Source: Propionibacterium ruminifibrarum (GTDB taxonomy: Bacteria > Actinomycetota > Actinomycetes > Propionibacteriales > Propionibacteriaceae). Taken from it: a stretch of DNA of 32,000 nucleotides. A program made the translations under genes and the position numbers. This document shows, piece after piece, positions 15,054 through 23,347 of this stretch. Under the pieces are notes generated by a model that searched no databases, was not told where the DNA came from, and worked only from the letters and a program-made list of their open reading frames with translations. Each line of letters begins with the position of its first letter. Positions within the stretch are counted from its first letter, which is position 1. Location of the stretch: the NCBI RefSeq assembly GCF_900289195.1, contig NZ_OMOH01000002.1, positions 211,206 to 243,205 on the forward strand, written 5' to 3'.

Positions 15054-15955
15054 GCCTGGCCGCCAGTGAGACCACGCTGCGTGACGCGCTGCGCGACGCA
15101 GGGCACCTGCTTCCCGGCCCCCGCCCAGGGATCGACGGGCACGGCCCGGAGTTCGAGGCCGTCGTCGACGGGATCTGGCGGGCCTACTTCGACAGGGCGC
15201 CCGCCGGGACCCCGGTCATGGCCTTCGGCCCGCTCATCGACGCGGCCCAGTTCACCGCCACGGACTACCCCCGTTCTTTCCCGCACCTGGTCGGTGAGGT
15301 CGAGGTCTTCGACGGCGGTGACGCCGAGCACGGCGCCCTCATCCGGGACATCGATGCCGGGGCCGACTGGACGACGCACTTCGTCCCCAGTGGCATGACG
15401 TTCGTCCCGGCCACCTGCGAGAACGTCTACCCGCGCTACGCCGGCACGCTTGAGGGGCCGACGATCGTCGCCTGCCGCAGCTGGTGCTTCCGCCACGAGC
15501 CCAGCGACGACCCGATGCGCATGGTGAGTTTCCGCATCTGCGAGTACGTCTACCTGGGCTCTGCCGATGGCGCCGAGTCGTTCCGCACCGACTGGCTGGG
15601 GCTGCTCCTGGAGTTCTTCACCGATCTCGGCCTGGAGGTCGCCAGCGACCGCGCGAACGACCCCTTCTTCGGCCGGATCGGCGCGATGCTGGCGGCCAAC
15701 CAACGTCGGTCGGGCATGAAGAACGAGATCAGCATCGCCCTCTACCCGGACCGCCGTACCGCTATCTCGAGCGTGAACACGCACCGCACGCACTTCGCCG
15801 ACAGCTTCGGCATCCGGCAGGCCGGCGGTGAACCCGCCCACACCGCCTGCGCCGGCTTCGGCATCGAACGGGTCGCCATCGCCCTGTTCGCCGCCCACGG
15901 CATGACCACCGCCGACTGGCCGGAGCCGGTGCGTGCGGTCCTGCGGCTGCCCTGA
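15050..15955 (+). CDS. amino acid:[carrier protein] ligase, a truncated class II aminoacyl-tRNA synthetase (atypical SerRS-like catalytic core) homologue
   Basis: The start is ATGA-coupled to the carrier protein gene. The protein is 301 aa with no tRNA-binding domain. It has a motif 2-like 'CFRHEPS' and a motif 3-like 'CAGFGIERVAIALF'. A Cys123/Glu165/Cys267 trio sits in 'PATCEN', 'ICEYV' and 'TACAGFG', consistent with the Cys-Glu-Cys zinc site of this family. Assignment is by motif and context only. Confidence 0.7.
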   Translation: MSLAASETTLRDALRDAGHLLPGPRPGIDGHGPEFEAVVDGIWRAYFDRAPAGTPVMAFGPLIDAAQFTATDYPRSFPHLVGEVEVFDGGDAEHGALIRDIDAGADWTTHFVPSGMTFVPATCENVYPRYAGTLEGPTIVACRSWCFRHEPSDDPMRMVSFRICEYVYLGSADGAESFRTDWLGLLLEFFTDLGLEVASDRANDPFFGRIGAMLAANQRRSGMKNEISIALYPDRRTAISSVNTHRTHFADSFGIRQAGGEPAHTACAGFGIERVAIALFAAHGMTTADWPEPVRAVLRLP

Positions 15956-15982
15956 GAGCCCGGCCGGCCTCGTCGGGCTCTC
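15954..15982. terminator. bidirectional hairpin between the convergent EPS operon and hrpA
   Basis: GAGAGCCCG (15954-15962) pairs with CGGGCTCTC (15974-15982) across an 11-nt GC-rich loop. The stem overlaps both stop codons (TGA 15953-15955 on +, TGA 15983-15981 on -). Confidence 0.5.
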
Positions 15983-18900
15983 ATCCGGCGGCCCGGGCGA
16001 TGGCCCGGCGGATGCGTTTGGGTGAGACCGTCTGGCTGGTGCCCAGGCGCTGGGCGAACAGCTGCACGCGGTACTCCTCGAGCAGGAAACCGATGTCGTC
16101 GACCTGCCGGCTCAGCGGGCCGGGCGGCTGGGCATCGCACAGCTCGTCGTACTCCGCGGCGAGTTCGTCGAACCCGCCCATCAGCTCCTCGTCGCGGGCC
16201 GGATCGGACCGTGCCGCGTCAAGGCGCATCGAGGCGGCCTGCAGGTAGCGCGGCAGGTGCTGGTACCAGGGGTCGGCGGTGAACGAGATGAAGCCGGGGA
16301 ACACCAGGTTCTCCAGCTGGGCCGTCACGTCCTCGGCGGTGGCGGCCGACACGCCGGGCGCATCGGCGCGGATCTGCCGGGCCCAGCCGAGCGCCGCGGA
16401 GGCCGTGGCGACGACGTCGCGCATGACGTCAGCCTGCTCGGCGCGCACCTGGGTCGCCAGCGCGGCGAACCGCTCCTCGTCACGCACCTGGGCCGGGTCG
16501 GCGTGCGCCCGGGCGGCCCGGTCGACGGCCTTGAGCCGGGCATCGGCGAGCAGCTCGGGCACGCTCTCGTAGGGATTGTCGCCGAGCCAGAGCCGCTCCT
16601 GCCGACCGAGATGGGAGACCACCCAGCGCGTCGGGTCGGGGTTGACCAGGACGAGAAGCCGCCTGATCCCGCGCGCGTGCGAGTCCGCGGCGGCCTGCGG
16701 CGTGTCGGCCAGGAAGAGGGCGACGCTGTCGCCGTCATCGCGCAGGGCCGGGTACCCGACGGCCTGCAGGCCGCCGCGGCGGATCGTCCTGGTCGGCTCG
16801 ATCGTCCCGAACACCCAGCTCGTGGCGCCGGTCCTGGCGGTGTCGCGCGAGGCCCTGGTGAGCGTGCTGGAGACGCGCTCGGCCAACTGCCGCTGCAGCT
16901 CGGCGAGGTCCTTGCCCTGCCCGGTGACCCGGTCCTTCTCGACGACCTCGAAGCGCACCCGCAGGTGGTGTGGGACGGCGTCGGGGCGCCACTGGTCGGG
17001 TTCGACCACGATGCCGGTCAGGGCGCGCAGGGCCCGGCCGAGTTCATCGTGGAGGAAGCGCGAGTGGTCGGCCCCATTGGCCTTGAGCCAGCGCAGCGCG
17101 GCGCGGGCGTGGTCGGGGGCCGGGACGAAACCGGTGCGCACCGCCTTGGGCAGCGCGCGGATCAGCTCGGTGGCGAGTTCGGTGCGCAGGCCCGGCACCT
17201 GCCAGCTGAAGGGTTCGGGGCGCAGCTGGTTGAGTTCGGCGAGCCTCACCCGGACCGTCACGCCGTCGGCGCCCGATCCGGGGTCGAAGACATAGCCGAC
17301 GGGCAGGCGCAGCTCGCCGACCCGCCAGCTGTCCGGGAAGGCGCTGGTGTCGACGTCGTCCGCGTCCTCGCGCACCAGGTCGTCCATCGACAGGTCGAGC
17401 AGGTGCTGGTCCGGTTCGCGTGACCACCAGCTGTCGAAGGTGGCGCCCGAGTGGACGGTGGCCGGGATGCGGGCGTCGTAGAACTCGAAGATCGTCTGGT
17501 CGTCGACGAGCAGGTCGCGGCGCCTGGTGCGCTCCTCGAGATCGGCGACCTCGTCCCGCATCCGCTGGTTGTGCTCGATGAAGTCGTGCCGGACCCGGCC
17601 GCCGGTGGGCTGCCAGCCGTTCTCGACGAGCCCGGTGCGGATGAAGATCTCGCGGGCCTCGGCTGGGTTGACGCGCCCGTAGTCGACGAGGCGATCGGCG
17701 ACGAGCGGTACACCGTACAGGGTGGCGCGCTGGCTTGCGAGGACGCCTGCCGAACTGCTCGACCAGTGCGGCTCGGCGTAGCCGTACTTGACGAGCGGGC
17801 CGGCGACCGACTCGACCCATTCGGGTTCGATCGCGGCGCAGGTGTGCGCCCACAGGCGGGTCGTCTCGACGAGTTCGACGGCCATGACCAGCGGCGGGTT
17901 CTGCTTGGCCAGCGCCGAGGCGGGGCTGATGGCGAATCGGGTGCCGCGCGCCCCGAGGTACTCGCGGGGGCCGCGGGGTTTGCGTCGGCCTCGGTGCCGG
18001 GCTCCCCTGGTGGTGTTCTCGGCCTCGAGGAGGCCGATGTGCGAGAGCAGGCCCGACAGGACGGATTGCAGGATGGCCTCGGTGCTCCCGGGGCGGTCAT
18101 TGCGCTTCAGGTGCAGGTCGGCGCCGACTCCTGACAGCTGGCTGCGCAGGTCCTGCCATTCGCGGACGCGCAGGTAGTTGATGAACTCGGCGCGGCACAG
18201 GCGGCGGAACTGGTTTCCCGACAGGCGCCTGCGCTGGGCCATCAGATAGCTCCACAGGCGCCAGATGGCCATGACGTCACCGCCCGGGCCGACCGTGACC
18301 GGCTCGTCGAACTCGCCCTCGCGGCCGGTCTGCGGGGTGTAGCGGGCCGGCCGGCCCGGCCCAGGGGCGGGTTCGCCGGTGGGGCCGGTCAGGATGTCGT
18401 CGGTGAGGAAGCGGCGGTGCAGCTGGTCGGCCTGCTGGCGTTTCTCGGCGGGGCGTTCGCGCACGTCCTGGATGGCCAGGGCGGCGGCGATCACCTCGAC
18501 CTCGCGCAGGCAGCCACGGCGGGAGGCCTCGATGAGCATGCGCCCCAGGCGCGGGTCGATGGGCATCTCGGCGAGCCGGTGACCGGTCCTGGTCAGGCGC
18601 GGTGTGCGCCGGTCCGGCCCCTTGAGGGCGCCGAGTTCGCCGAGCAGGCGCAGGCCGTCGGTGACCTGGGCCCGATCGGGGGCCTCGACGAACGGGAAGT
18701 CGTTGATGTCGCCCAGTTCGGCACTGGCCATCTTGAGGATGACCGAGGCCAGGTTGGTGCGCAGGATCTCCGGTTCGGTGAACTCGGGGCGGGTCAGGTA
18801 GTCCTCCTCGGCGTAGAGGCGGACGCAGATGCCGGGCCCGAGCCGCCCGCACCGTCCGGCCCGCTGGTCGGCGCTGGCCCGGCTGACGGGTTCGACGGGC

Positions 18901-19877
18901 AGGCGCTGCACCTTGGTGCGGGTCGAGTACCGGGAGATGCGGGCCAGGCCGGTGTCGATGACGTAGCGGATACCGGGCACGGTCAGCGAGGTCTCGGCGA
19001 CGTTGGTGGCCAGGACGATGCGCCGGGTGCGGTGCGGGGCGAAGATGCGACGCTGCTCGGCGGCCGGCAGACGCGAGAACAACGGCAGCACCTCGGTGCC
19101 GTCCCCCAGATCGGCGCCGTCGAGGGCCGCGGCGGCCTCGCCGATCTCGCGTTCGCCGGAGAGGAAGACGAGGACGTCACCGCTCGGCCCGAGCTCGCGG
19201 ACGGCCGACACGATGGCGGCGGGCATGTCCGGGTCGTCGTCGTCCACGGCCGGGGGCCGGTAGCGGATCTCGACCGGCCAGGTGCGCCCGGAGACCTCGA
19301 CGATCGGCGCCGGCGTGCCGTCGGGGGCGGCGAAGTGCTCGGCGAAGCGGACGGTGTCGATCGTCGCGGAGGTGATGATGACCTTCAGGTCGGGTCTGGC
19401 GGGCAGCAGCTGTTTGAGGTAGCCGAGCAGGAAATCGATGTTGAGGCTGCGCTCGTGGGCCTCGTCGATGATGATCGTGTCGTAGCGCCGCAGCTGCCGG
19501 TCGTGGTTGATCTCGGCGAGCAGGACGCCGTCCGTCATGACCTTGACACGGGTCTGTTTCGTCGTCGCCCTGGTGAAACGCACCTGGTAGCCGACGACGT
19601 CCCCGAGCCTCACGCCCATCTCGTCGGCCATGCGTTCGGCGAGGGTGCGGGCCGCGATGCGCCGCGGCTGGGTGTGGCCGATGCGTCGGCGGCCCACCGC
19701 CAGGGCGATCTTGGGCAGCTGGGTGGTCTTTCCCGAACCGGTCTCACCGGCCACGACGACGACCTGGTTGTCCCGGATGAGCTCGGCGATCTCGTCGGTG
19801 TGGGCGCTGATCGGCAGGCCGGGATCGACCTCGATGTGCGGTTCACCGGAGGCCGGGGTCTCGTTCACGTCAGGCAT
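15981..19877 (-). CDS. hrpA: ATP-dependent RNA helicase HrpA (DEAH-box)
   Basis: 1298 aa. Contains 'AGETGSGKTTQLPK', 'IIIDEAHERS', 'ITSATID', 'LATNVAETSLTVPG' and 'QRAGRCGR', plus the long HrpA-specific C-terminal region. Confidence 0.93.
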   Translation of the reverse strand: MPDVNETPASGEPHIEVDPGLPISAHTDEIAELIRDNQVVVVAGETGSGKTTQLPKIALAVGRRRIGHTQPRRIAARTLAERMADEMGVRLGDVVGYQVRFTRATTKQTRVKVMTDGVLLAEINHDRQLRRYDTIIIDEAHERSLNIDFLLGYLKQLLPARPDLKVIITSATIDTVRFAEHFAAPDGTPAPIVEVSGRTWPVEIRYRPPAVDDDDPDMPAAIVSAVRELGPSGDVLVFLSGEREIGEAAAALDGADLGDGTEVLPLFSRLPAAEQRRIFAPHRTRRIVLATNVAETSLTVPGIRYVIDTGLARISRYSTRTKVQRLPVEPVSRASADQRAGRCGRLGPGICVRLYAEEDYLTRPEFTEPEILRTNLASVILKMASAELGDINDFPFVEAPDRAQVTDGLRLLGELGALKGPDRRTPRLTRTGHRLAEMPIDPRLGRMLIEASRRGCLREVEVIAAALAIQDVRERPAEKRQQADQLHRRFLTDDILTGPTGEPAPGPGRPARYTPQTGREGEFDEPVTVGPGGDVMAIWRLWSYLMAQRRRLSGNQFRRLCRAEFINYLRVREWQDLRSQLSGVGADLHLKRNDRPGSTEAILQSVLSGLLSHIGLLEAENTTRGARHRGRRKPRGPREYLGARGTRFAISPASALAKQNPPLVMAVELVETTRLWAHTCAAIEPEWVESVAGPLVKYGYAEPHWSSSSAGVLASQRATLYGVPLVADRLVDYGRVNPAEAREIFIRTGLVENGWQPTGGRVRHDFIEHNQRMRDEVADLEERTRRRDLLVDDQTIFEFYDARIPATVHSGATFDSWWSREPDQHLLDLSMDDLVREDADDVDTSAFPDSWRVGELRLPVGYVFDPGSGADGVTVRVRLAELNQLRPEPFSWQVPGLRTELATELIRALPKAVRTGFVPAPDHARAALRWLKANGADHSRFLHDELGRALRALTGIVVEPDQWRPDAVPHHLRVRFEVVEKDRVTGQGKDLAELQRQLAERVSSTLTRASRDTARTGATSWVFGTIEPTRTIRRGGLQAVGYPALRDDGDSVALFLADTPQAAADSHARGIRRLLVLVNPDPTRWVVSHLGRQERLWLGDNPYESVPELLADARLKAVDRAARAHADPAQVRDEERFAALATQVRAEQADVMRDVVATASAALGWARQIRADAPGVSAATAEDVTAQLENLVFPGFISFTADPWYQHLPRYLQAASMRLDAARSDPARDEELMGGFDELAAEYDELCDAQPPGPLSRQVDDIGFLLEEYRVQLFAQRLGTSQTVSPKRIRRAIARAAG

Positions 19878-19925
19878 GTCGGGTCAAGCATAGGTGCCCC
19901 GGCGGATCGGCCCGCAGCGGTGCGG

Positions 19926-20879
19926 TCAGGCGAGGGCGTGGATCACCGAGGCGTAGCAGGTGATCGCCGGGATCGAGCAGATCGTCGTGATGAAGATGAC
20001 ATCCCTGGCCAAGGGCACCTCGGTGTCGTAGCGGGTGCTGAACACGAAGACGTTCTGAGCGGTCGGCAGGCCGGCCATGACCACCACTGCGAGGGTCGTG
20101 GCCACGTCGAGCCCGACGACGCGGGCCAGCGCCCATGCGCTCACCGGCTGGACGACGAGTTTGAGCAGGCAGATGAACAGGGTCTCACCCCTGTTCTCGC
20201 GCCCGGGCAGCGGGCCGAGCCGCAGCGCGATGCCGAACCCGACGAGCATGCACGGCACGGCGACACCGCCCAGCAGATCGAGGGTGTCGGCGAGGAGCAC
20301 CGGCATCCGCCAGCCCAGCAGGTTGATGGCCAGGCCGAGCAGGACGCCGATCGTCAGCGGATTGCGGAACGGCATCGTGATGTTGCGCAGCACCGACGTG
20401 CGCCGGCCGGTGCGGTGGGCGCTGTCGATGTCGAGCAGGGTCAGCCCCAGTGGTTGCAGGACGATCAACTGGATCATGAGCACGGGCGCCACCCAGCTGG
20501 TGTCCTTCATGACGTAGGCGGCGATGGGTACGCCCATGTTGTTGGCGTTGACGTAGGAGGCGCAGAAGGTGCCGATGGTCAGGTGACCGAGACCCGGGCG
20601 TTCGTGTCCGCCGAGCCGGGCCCGCAGCAGGCGCGCCCCGAGGTAGCCGCCGGCCGAGACGAGGATCGCCAGGACCGAGACGATGACATGGGTGCCGAAC
20701 GTACGGCCCAGGTCCGCCCTGGACATCATCATGACCATGAGCGGCGGCAGCCCGATGAAGAAGGCGAAACGGCTGAGGATCCGCTGGGCGCTCTGGTCGA
20801 AGAGCCTCAGCTGGGCCGCCAGGGCGCCCACGCCGATCACCATCCAGATGGTGGCGAATCCACTGAGCACGTCCCGCAC
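19926..20879 (-). CDS. AEC (auxin efflux carrier) family transporter
   Basis: GTG start at 20879. The 317-aa protein has about 10 TM helices. 'FATIWMVIGVGALAAQLRLFDQSAQRILSRFAFFIGLPPLMV' is a typical AEC/malate-permease-like N-terminus. Confidence 0.75.
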   Translation of the reverse strand: MRDVLSGFATIWMVIGVGALAAQLRLFDQSAQRILSRFAFFIGLPPLMVMMMSRADLGRTFGTHVIVSVLAILVSAGGYLGARLLRARLGGHERPGLGHLTIGTFCASYVNANNMGVPIAAYVMKDTSWVAPVLMIQLIVLQPLGLTLLDIDSAHRTGRRTSVLRNITMPFRNPLTIGVLLGLAINLLGWRMPVLLADTLDLLGGVAVPCMLVGFGIALRLGPLPGRENRGETLFICLLKLVVQPVSAWALARVVGLDVATTLAVVVMAGLPTAQNVFVFSTRYDTEVPLARDVIFITTICSIPAITCYASVIHALA

Positions 20880-20995
20880 GGGCCGAGCCTACGCCGCGGG
20901 GAACCCGCGGTCACGCCCGCACGAACCGGGTGACGGCACGGCGGAATGACCCGGTCGCCGGCGGAACGTAGAATCCAGCTGGGAGCTGGCGCCGG

Positions 20996-21964
20996 GTGGA
21001 AGGACGGGCGAGCGTGTCGGATCGCGACGACGAGATGTACCGGGCGGCCGTGCTCTACTACGTGCAGGGCGAGTCGATGGACGCCATCGCCCGCCAGCTC
21101 GGCGTCTCGCGCTCGACCGTCTCGCGCAGTCTCAAGCAGGCCCGCGACACCGGCATCGTCCGCATCAGCCTCACCCATCCCCGCGACGCCTCCTCGGACG
21201 TCGAGCAGGAGTTCACCGAACGCTTCGGGGTACGCGCCCAGGTGGTCTCGGTGCGCGAGTCCGTCTCGGACGTCGCCCGCCTGGACCGGGTCGCCAAGGT
21301 GGCCGCCAACGCCATCGGCGAGGCGGTGGACGATCACACGGTCCTGGGCATCGCCTGGGGCACGACGATCGACGCAGTCGCCGCGCACCTGCTGGCCAAA
21401 CCGGTGCGGGGCTGCACCCTCGTCCAGCTCAACGGCGCCGCGAATGACTCGACGACCGGCATCGACTACGTCTCGAACATCGCCTCCCGCTTCGCCAGCG
21501 CCTTCAACGCCCACTCGGTGCTGTTCCCCGTGCCGGCCTTCTTCGACTATGCGAGCACCCGGGACGCCATGTGGCGGGAGCGGTCCATCATGCGCGTCCG
21601 GGACACCCAGAAGAAGTGCTCGCTGGCCGTCTTCGGTGTCGGGTCCCTGGTCGGCGGGCTGCCCAGTCATGTCTACGAGTCCGGGTACTTCGACGAGGAG
21701 GACCGCGCCCAGATGGCCCGGGACCGGGTCGTCGGTGACGTCTGCACGGTGCTGCTGCGCCAGAACGGCTCCTGGGCCGACATCGAGATGAACACCCGCG
21801 CCTCGGGCCTGACCCCCACCCAGCTGCGCCGCATACCCCGCCGGATCGGGGTCGTCGCCGGGCGCGCCAAGGCCAAGCCACTGCTGGCGGCCCTGCGGGC
21901 GCAGCTGATGACGGACCTGATCGTCGACGACCAGACGGCCCGTCACGTCCTCACGATGACCTGA
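20996..21964 (+). CDS. SorC/DeoR-type sugar-binding transcriptional regulator
   Basis: The HTH 'MYRAAVLYYVQGESMDAIARQLGVSRSTVSRSLKQARDTGIVRISL' is followed by a sugar-phosphate-binding domain ('LGIAWGTTI...VQLNG...'). The start is uncertain: GTG 20996, GTG 21014 and ATG 21035 are all in frame. Confidence 0.8.
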   Translation: MEGRASVSDRDDEMYRAAVLYYVQGESMDAIARQLGVSRSTVSRSLKQARDTGIVRISLTHPRDASSDVEQEFTERFGVRAQVVSVRESVSDVARLDRVAKVAANAIGEAVDDHTVLGIAWGTTIDAVAAHLLAKPVRGCTLVQLNGAANDSTTGIDYVSNIASRFASAFNAHSVLFPVPAFFDYASTRDAMWRERSIMRVRDTQKKCSLAVFGVGSLVGGLPSHVYESGYFDEEDRAQMARDRVVGDVCTVLLRQNGSWADIEMNTRASGLTPTQLRRIPRRIGVVAGRAKAKPLLAALRAQLMTDLIVDDQTARHVLTMT

Positions 21965-21985
21965 GGAGGGCCGAGCCCGCCGGCC

Positions 21986-23347
21986 TCAGACCTGCGGGCT
22001 GTGGATGTCCGACAGGCCGTAGGCCGCGTGGATCACGTGGATCGGGTGAACGATGTCCATCCCGGTGCCGGCGCGGATCTGCCAGCGGCAGGTCTCCGTG
22101 TCGCAGGCACCCAACTCGGCGCCGGACTCCTTGAACTTGTCGAAGAGGGGCCTACCGACCGCCTGGGCGACCTCGTACTTCTCCTTCTTCAGACCGTAGG
22201 TGCCGGCTATGCCGCAGCAGTTCTCCCCCGACTCGACCACGGTGATGCCCGGCACGAGTTCCATCAGGCGGATGGCGGGCATCCCCATCCCCTGCCCCTT
22301 GAGCTGGCACGGGGCGTGGTAGGGGATCGTCATCTCGATGCGTTCGAAGTCGGTGGGCAGTTCCCCGGCATCGGCGAGGGCGAGGAGGAACTCGCTGGTC
22401 TCACGCATGCGCGCGCCGATGTCGGTGACGGTCCGGTCCTCGACCCCCATGATCTCGCGGGCCTCGTGCTTGACCATGCCGGCGCAGGAGCCGGAACTCG
22501 TGACCACCGGAACGTGGCGGCCGCCCTTGGCGAGGTCACCGGCCAGCTTGACGACCGAGGAGCGGGCCTGGTCGAACAGTCCGTTCGACTGGCTGGCCAG
22601 CCCGCAGCAGCCCTGCCGGGGGACGATGACGGTGTATCCCAGGTGCTCGAGCACCTCGATGGTCTTCTTGCTGGTCTCGACCTCGAAGTAGGTGCCGGCG
22701 CACCCGGTGAAGAAGACCACCGGGCCGCGGTCGGGCTGTCCGGGACGTCGGGCCATGGGGCCCTCGCGGTGGCGGAGCCAGCCGCGGATCGACTGCGACT
22801 GGGCGACCGGCATCGGGGCGTCCCGGTGGACGCCGATGACCTTCTCGACGGCCACGCGCAGCGGCTTGCGCTGGAGCGCCCAGTTGGCCAGCGGCGCCAC
22901 CGGTGTGAGGACGCGGCCCTCGAGACTGGTCTGGGTGATGAGGCGGTCGCGCAACGGCATGTGCCCCTGCTTCATGACGGCGCGGGCCATGGAGTTGAGT
23001 TCGGCGATCTTGACGCCCTGCGGACAGTTCAGTGTGCAGATGCCGCAGCTGGAGCAGTAGTCGAGGGTGTGGTCGACCGACTCGCCGTTGCGGAAGCGCT
23101 CGGCCTGCGGGCCGACGAATTTCGGGCCGGCGAACATCTCGGTGACTCGGGTGACCGGGCACTGCGTCTCGCAGATCGTGCACTTGACGCACTGGTCGAG
23201 GGAGAGCCGGTTGAGCTGCTGGGCCTCGTAGCTGTTGGGGTTGTTGTTGAGTCGCGGGCTGGCCTTCTTCAGGTGGTTCCAGACCGAGAACGACTCGCTG
23301 GGCTGCCCGTCGTTCTGGAGCCCGCGCTCGGCTGCGGTGGTGCTCAT
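21986..23347 (-). CDS. glpC: anaerobic glycerol-3-phosphate dehydrogenase subunit C
   Basis: There are two 4Fe-4S motifs ('CVKCTICETQCPV', 'CSSCGICTLNCPQG') followed by Cys-rich CCG-type repeats ('CCGLA', 'CCGIAG'). It is the third gene of the glpA-B-C order, and its start overlaps the glpB stop (TGATG at 23345-23349). Confidence 0.9.
   Translation of the reverse strand: MSTTAAERGLQNDGQPSESFSVWNHLKKASPRLNNNPNSYEAQQLNRLSLDQCVKCTICETQCPVTRVTEMFAGPKFVGPQAERFRNGESVDHTLDYCSSCGICTLNCPQGVKIAELNSMARAVMKQGHMPLRDRLITQTSLEGRVLTPVAPLANWALQRKPLRVAVEKVIGVHRDAPMPVAQSQSIRGWLRHREGPMARRPGQPDRGPVVFFTGCAGTYFEVETSKKTIEVLEHLGYTVIVPRQGCCGLASQSNGLFDQARSSVVKLAGDLAKGGRHVPVVTSSGSCAGMVKHEAREIMGVEDRTVTDIGARMRETSEFLLALADAGELPTDFERIEMTIPYHAPCQLKGQGMGMPAIRLMELVPGITVVESGENCCGIAGTYGLKKEKYEVAQAVGRPLFDKFKESGAELGACDTETCRWQIRAGTGMDIVHPIHVIHAAYGLSDIHSPQV

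Noticed and set aside
12586-15898. Two long - strand ORFs (12586..14424, 612 aa; 14213..15898, 561 aa) opposite the ANL / AcpS / carrier / ligase cassette
   Set aside because: The + strand products carry clear catalytic motifs and translational coupling. The - strand translations are Arg/Gly/Pro/Asp-rich, with no motifs. They are treated as shadow ORFs.
18417-20933. 838-aa ORF on the + strand
   Set aside because: It is antisense to hrpA and the AEC transporter. It has low-complexity G/D/R/A composition and no start context. It is a high-GC shadow ORF.
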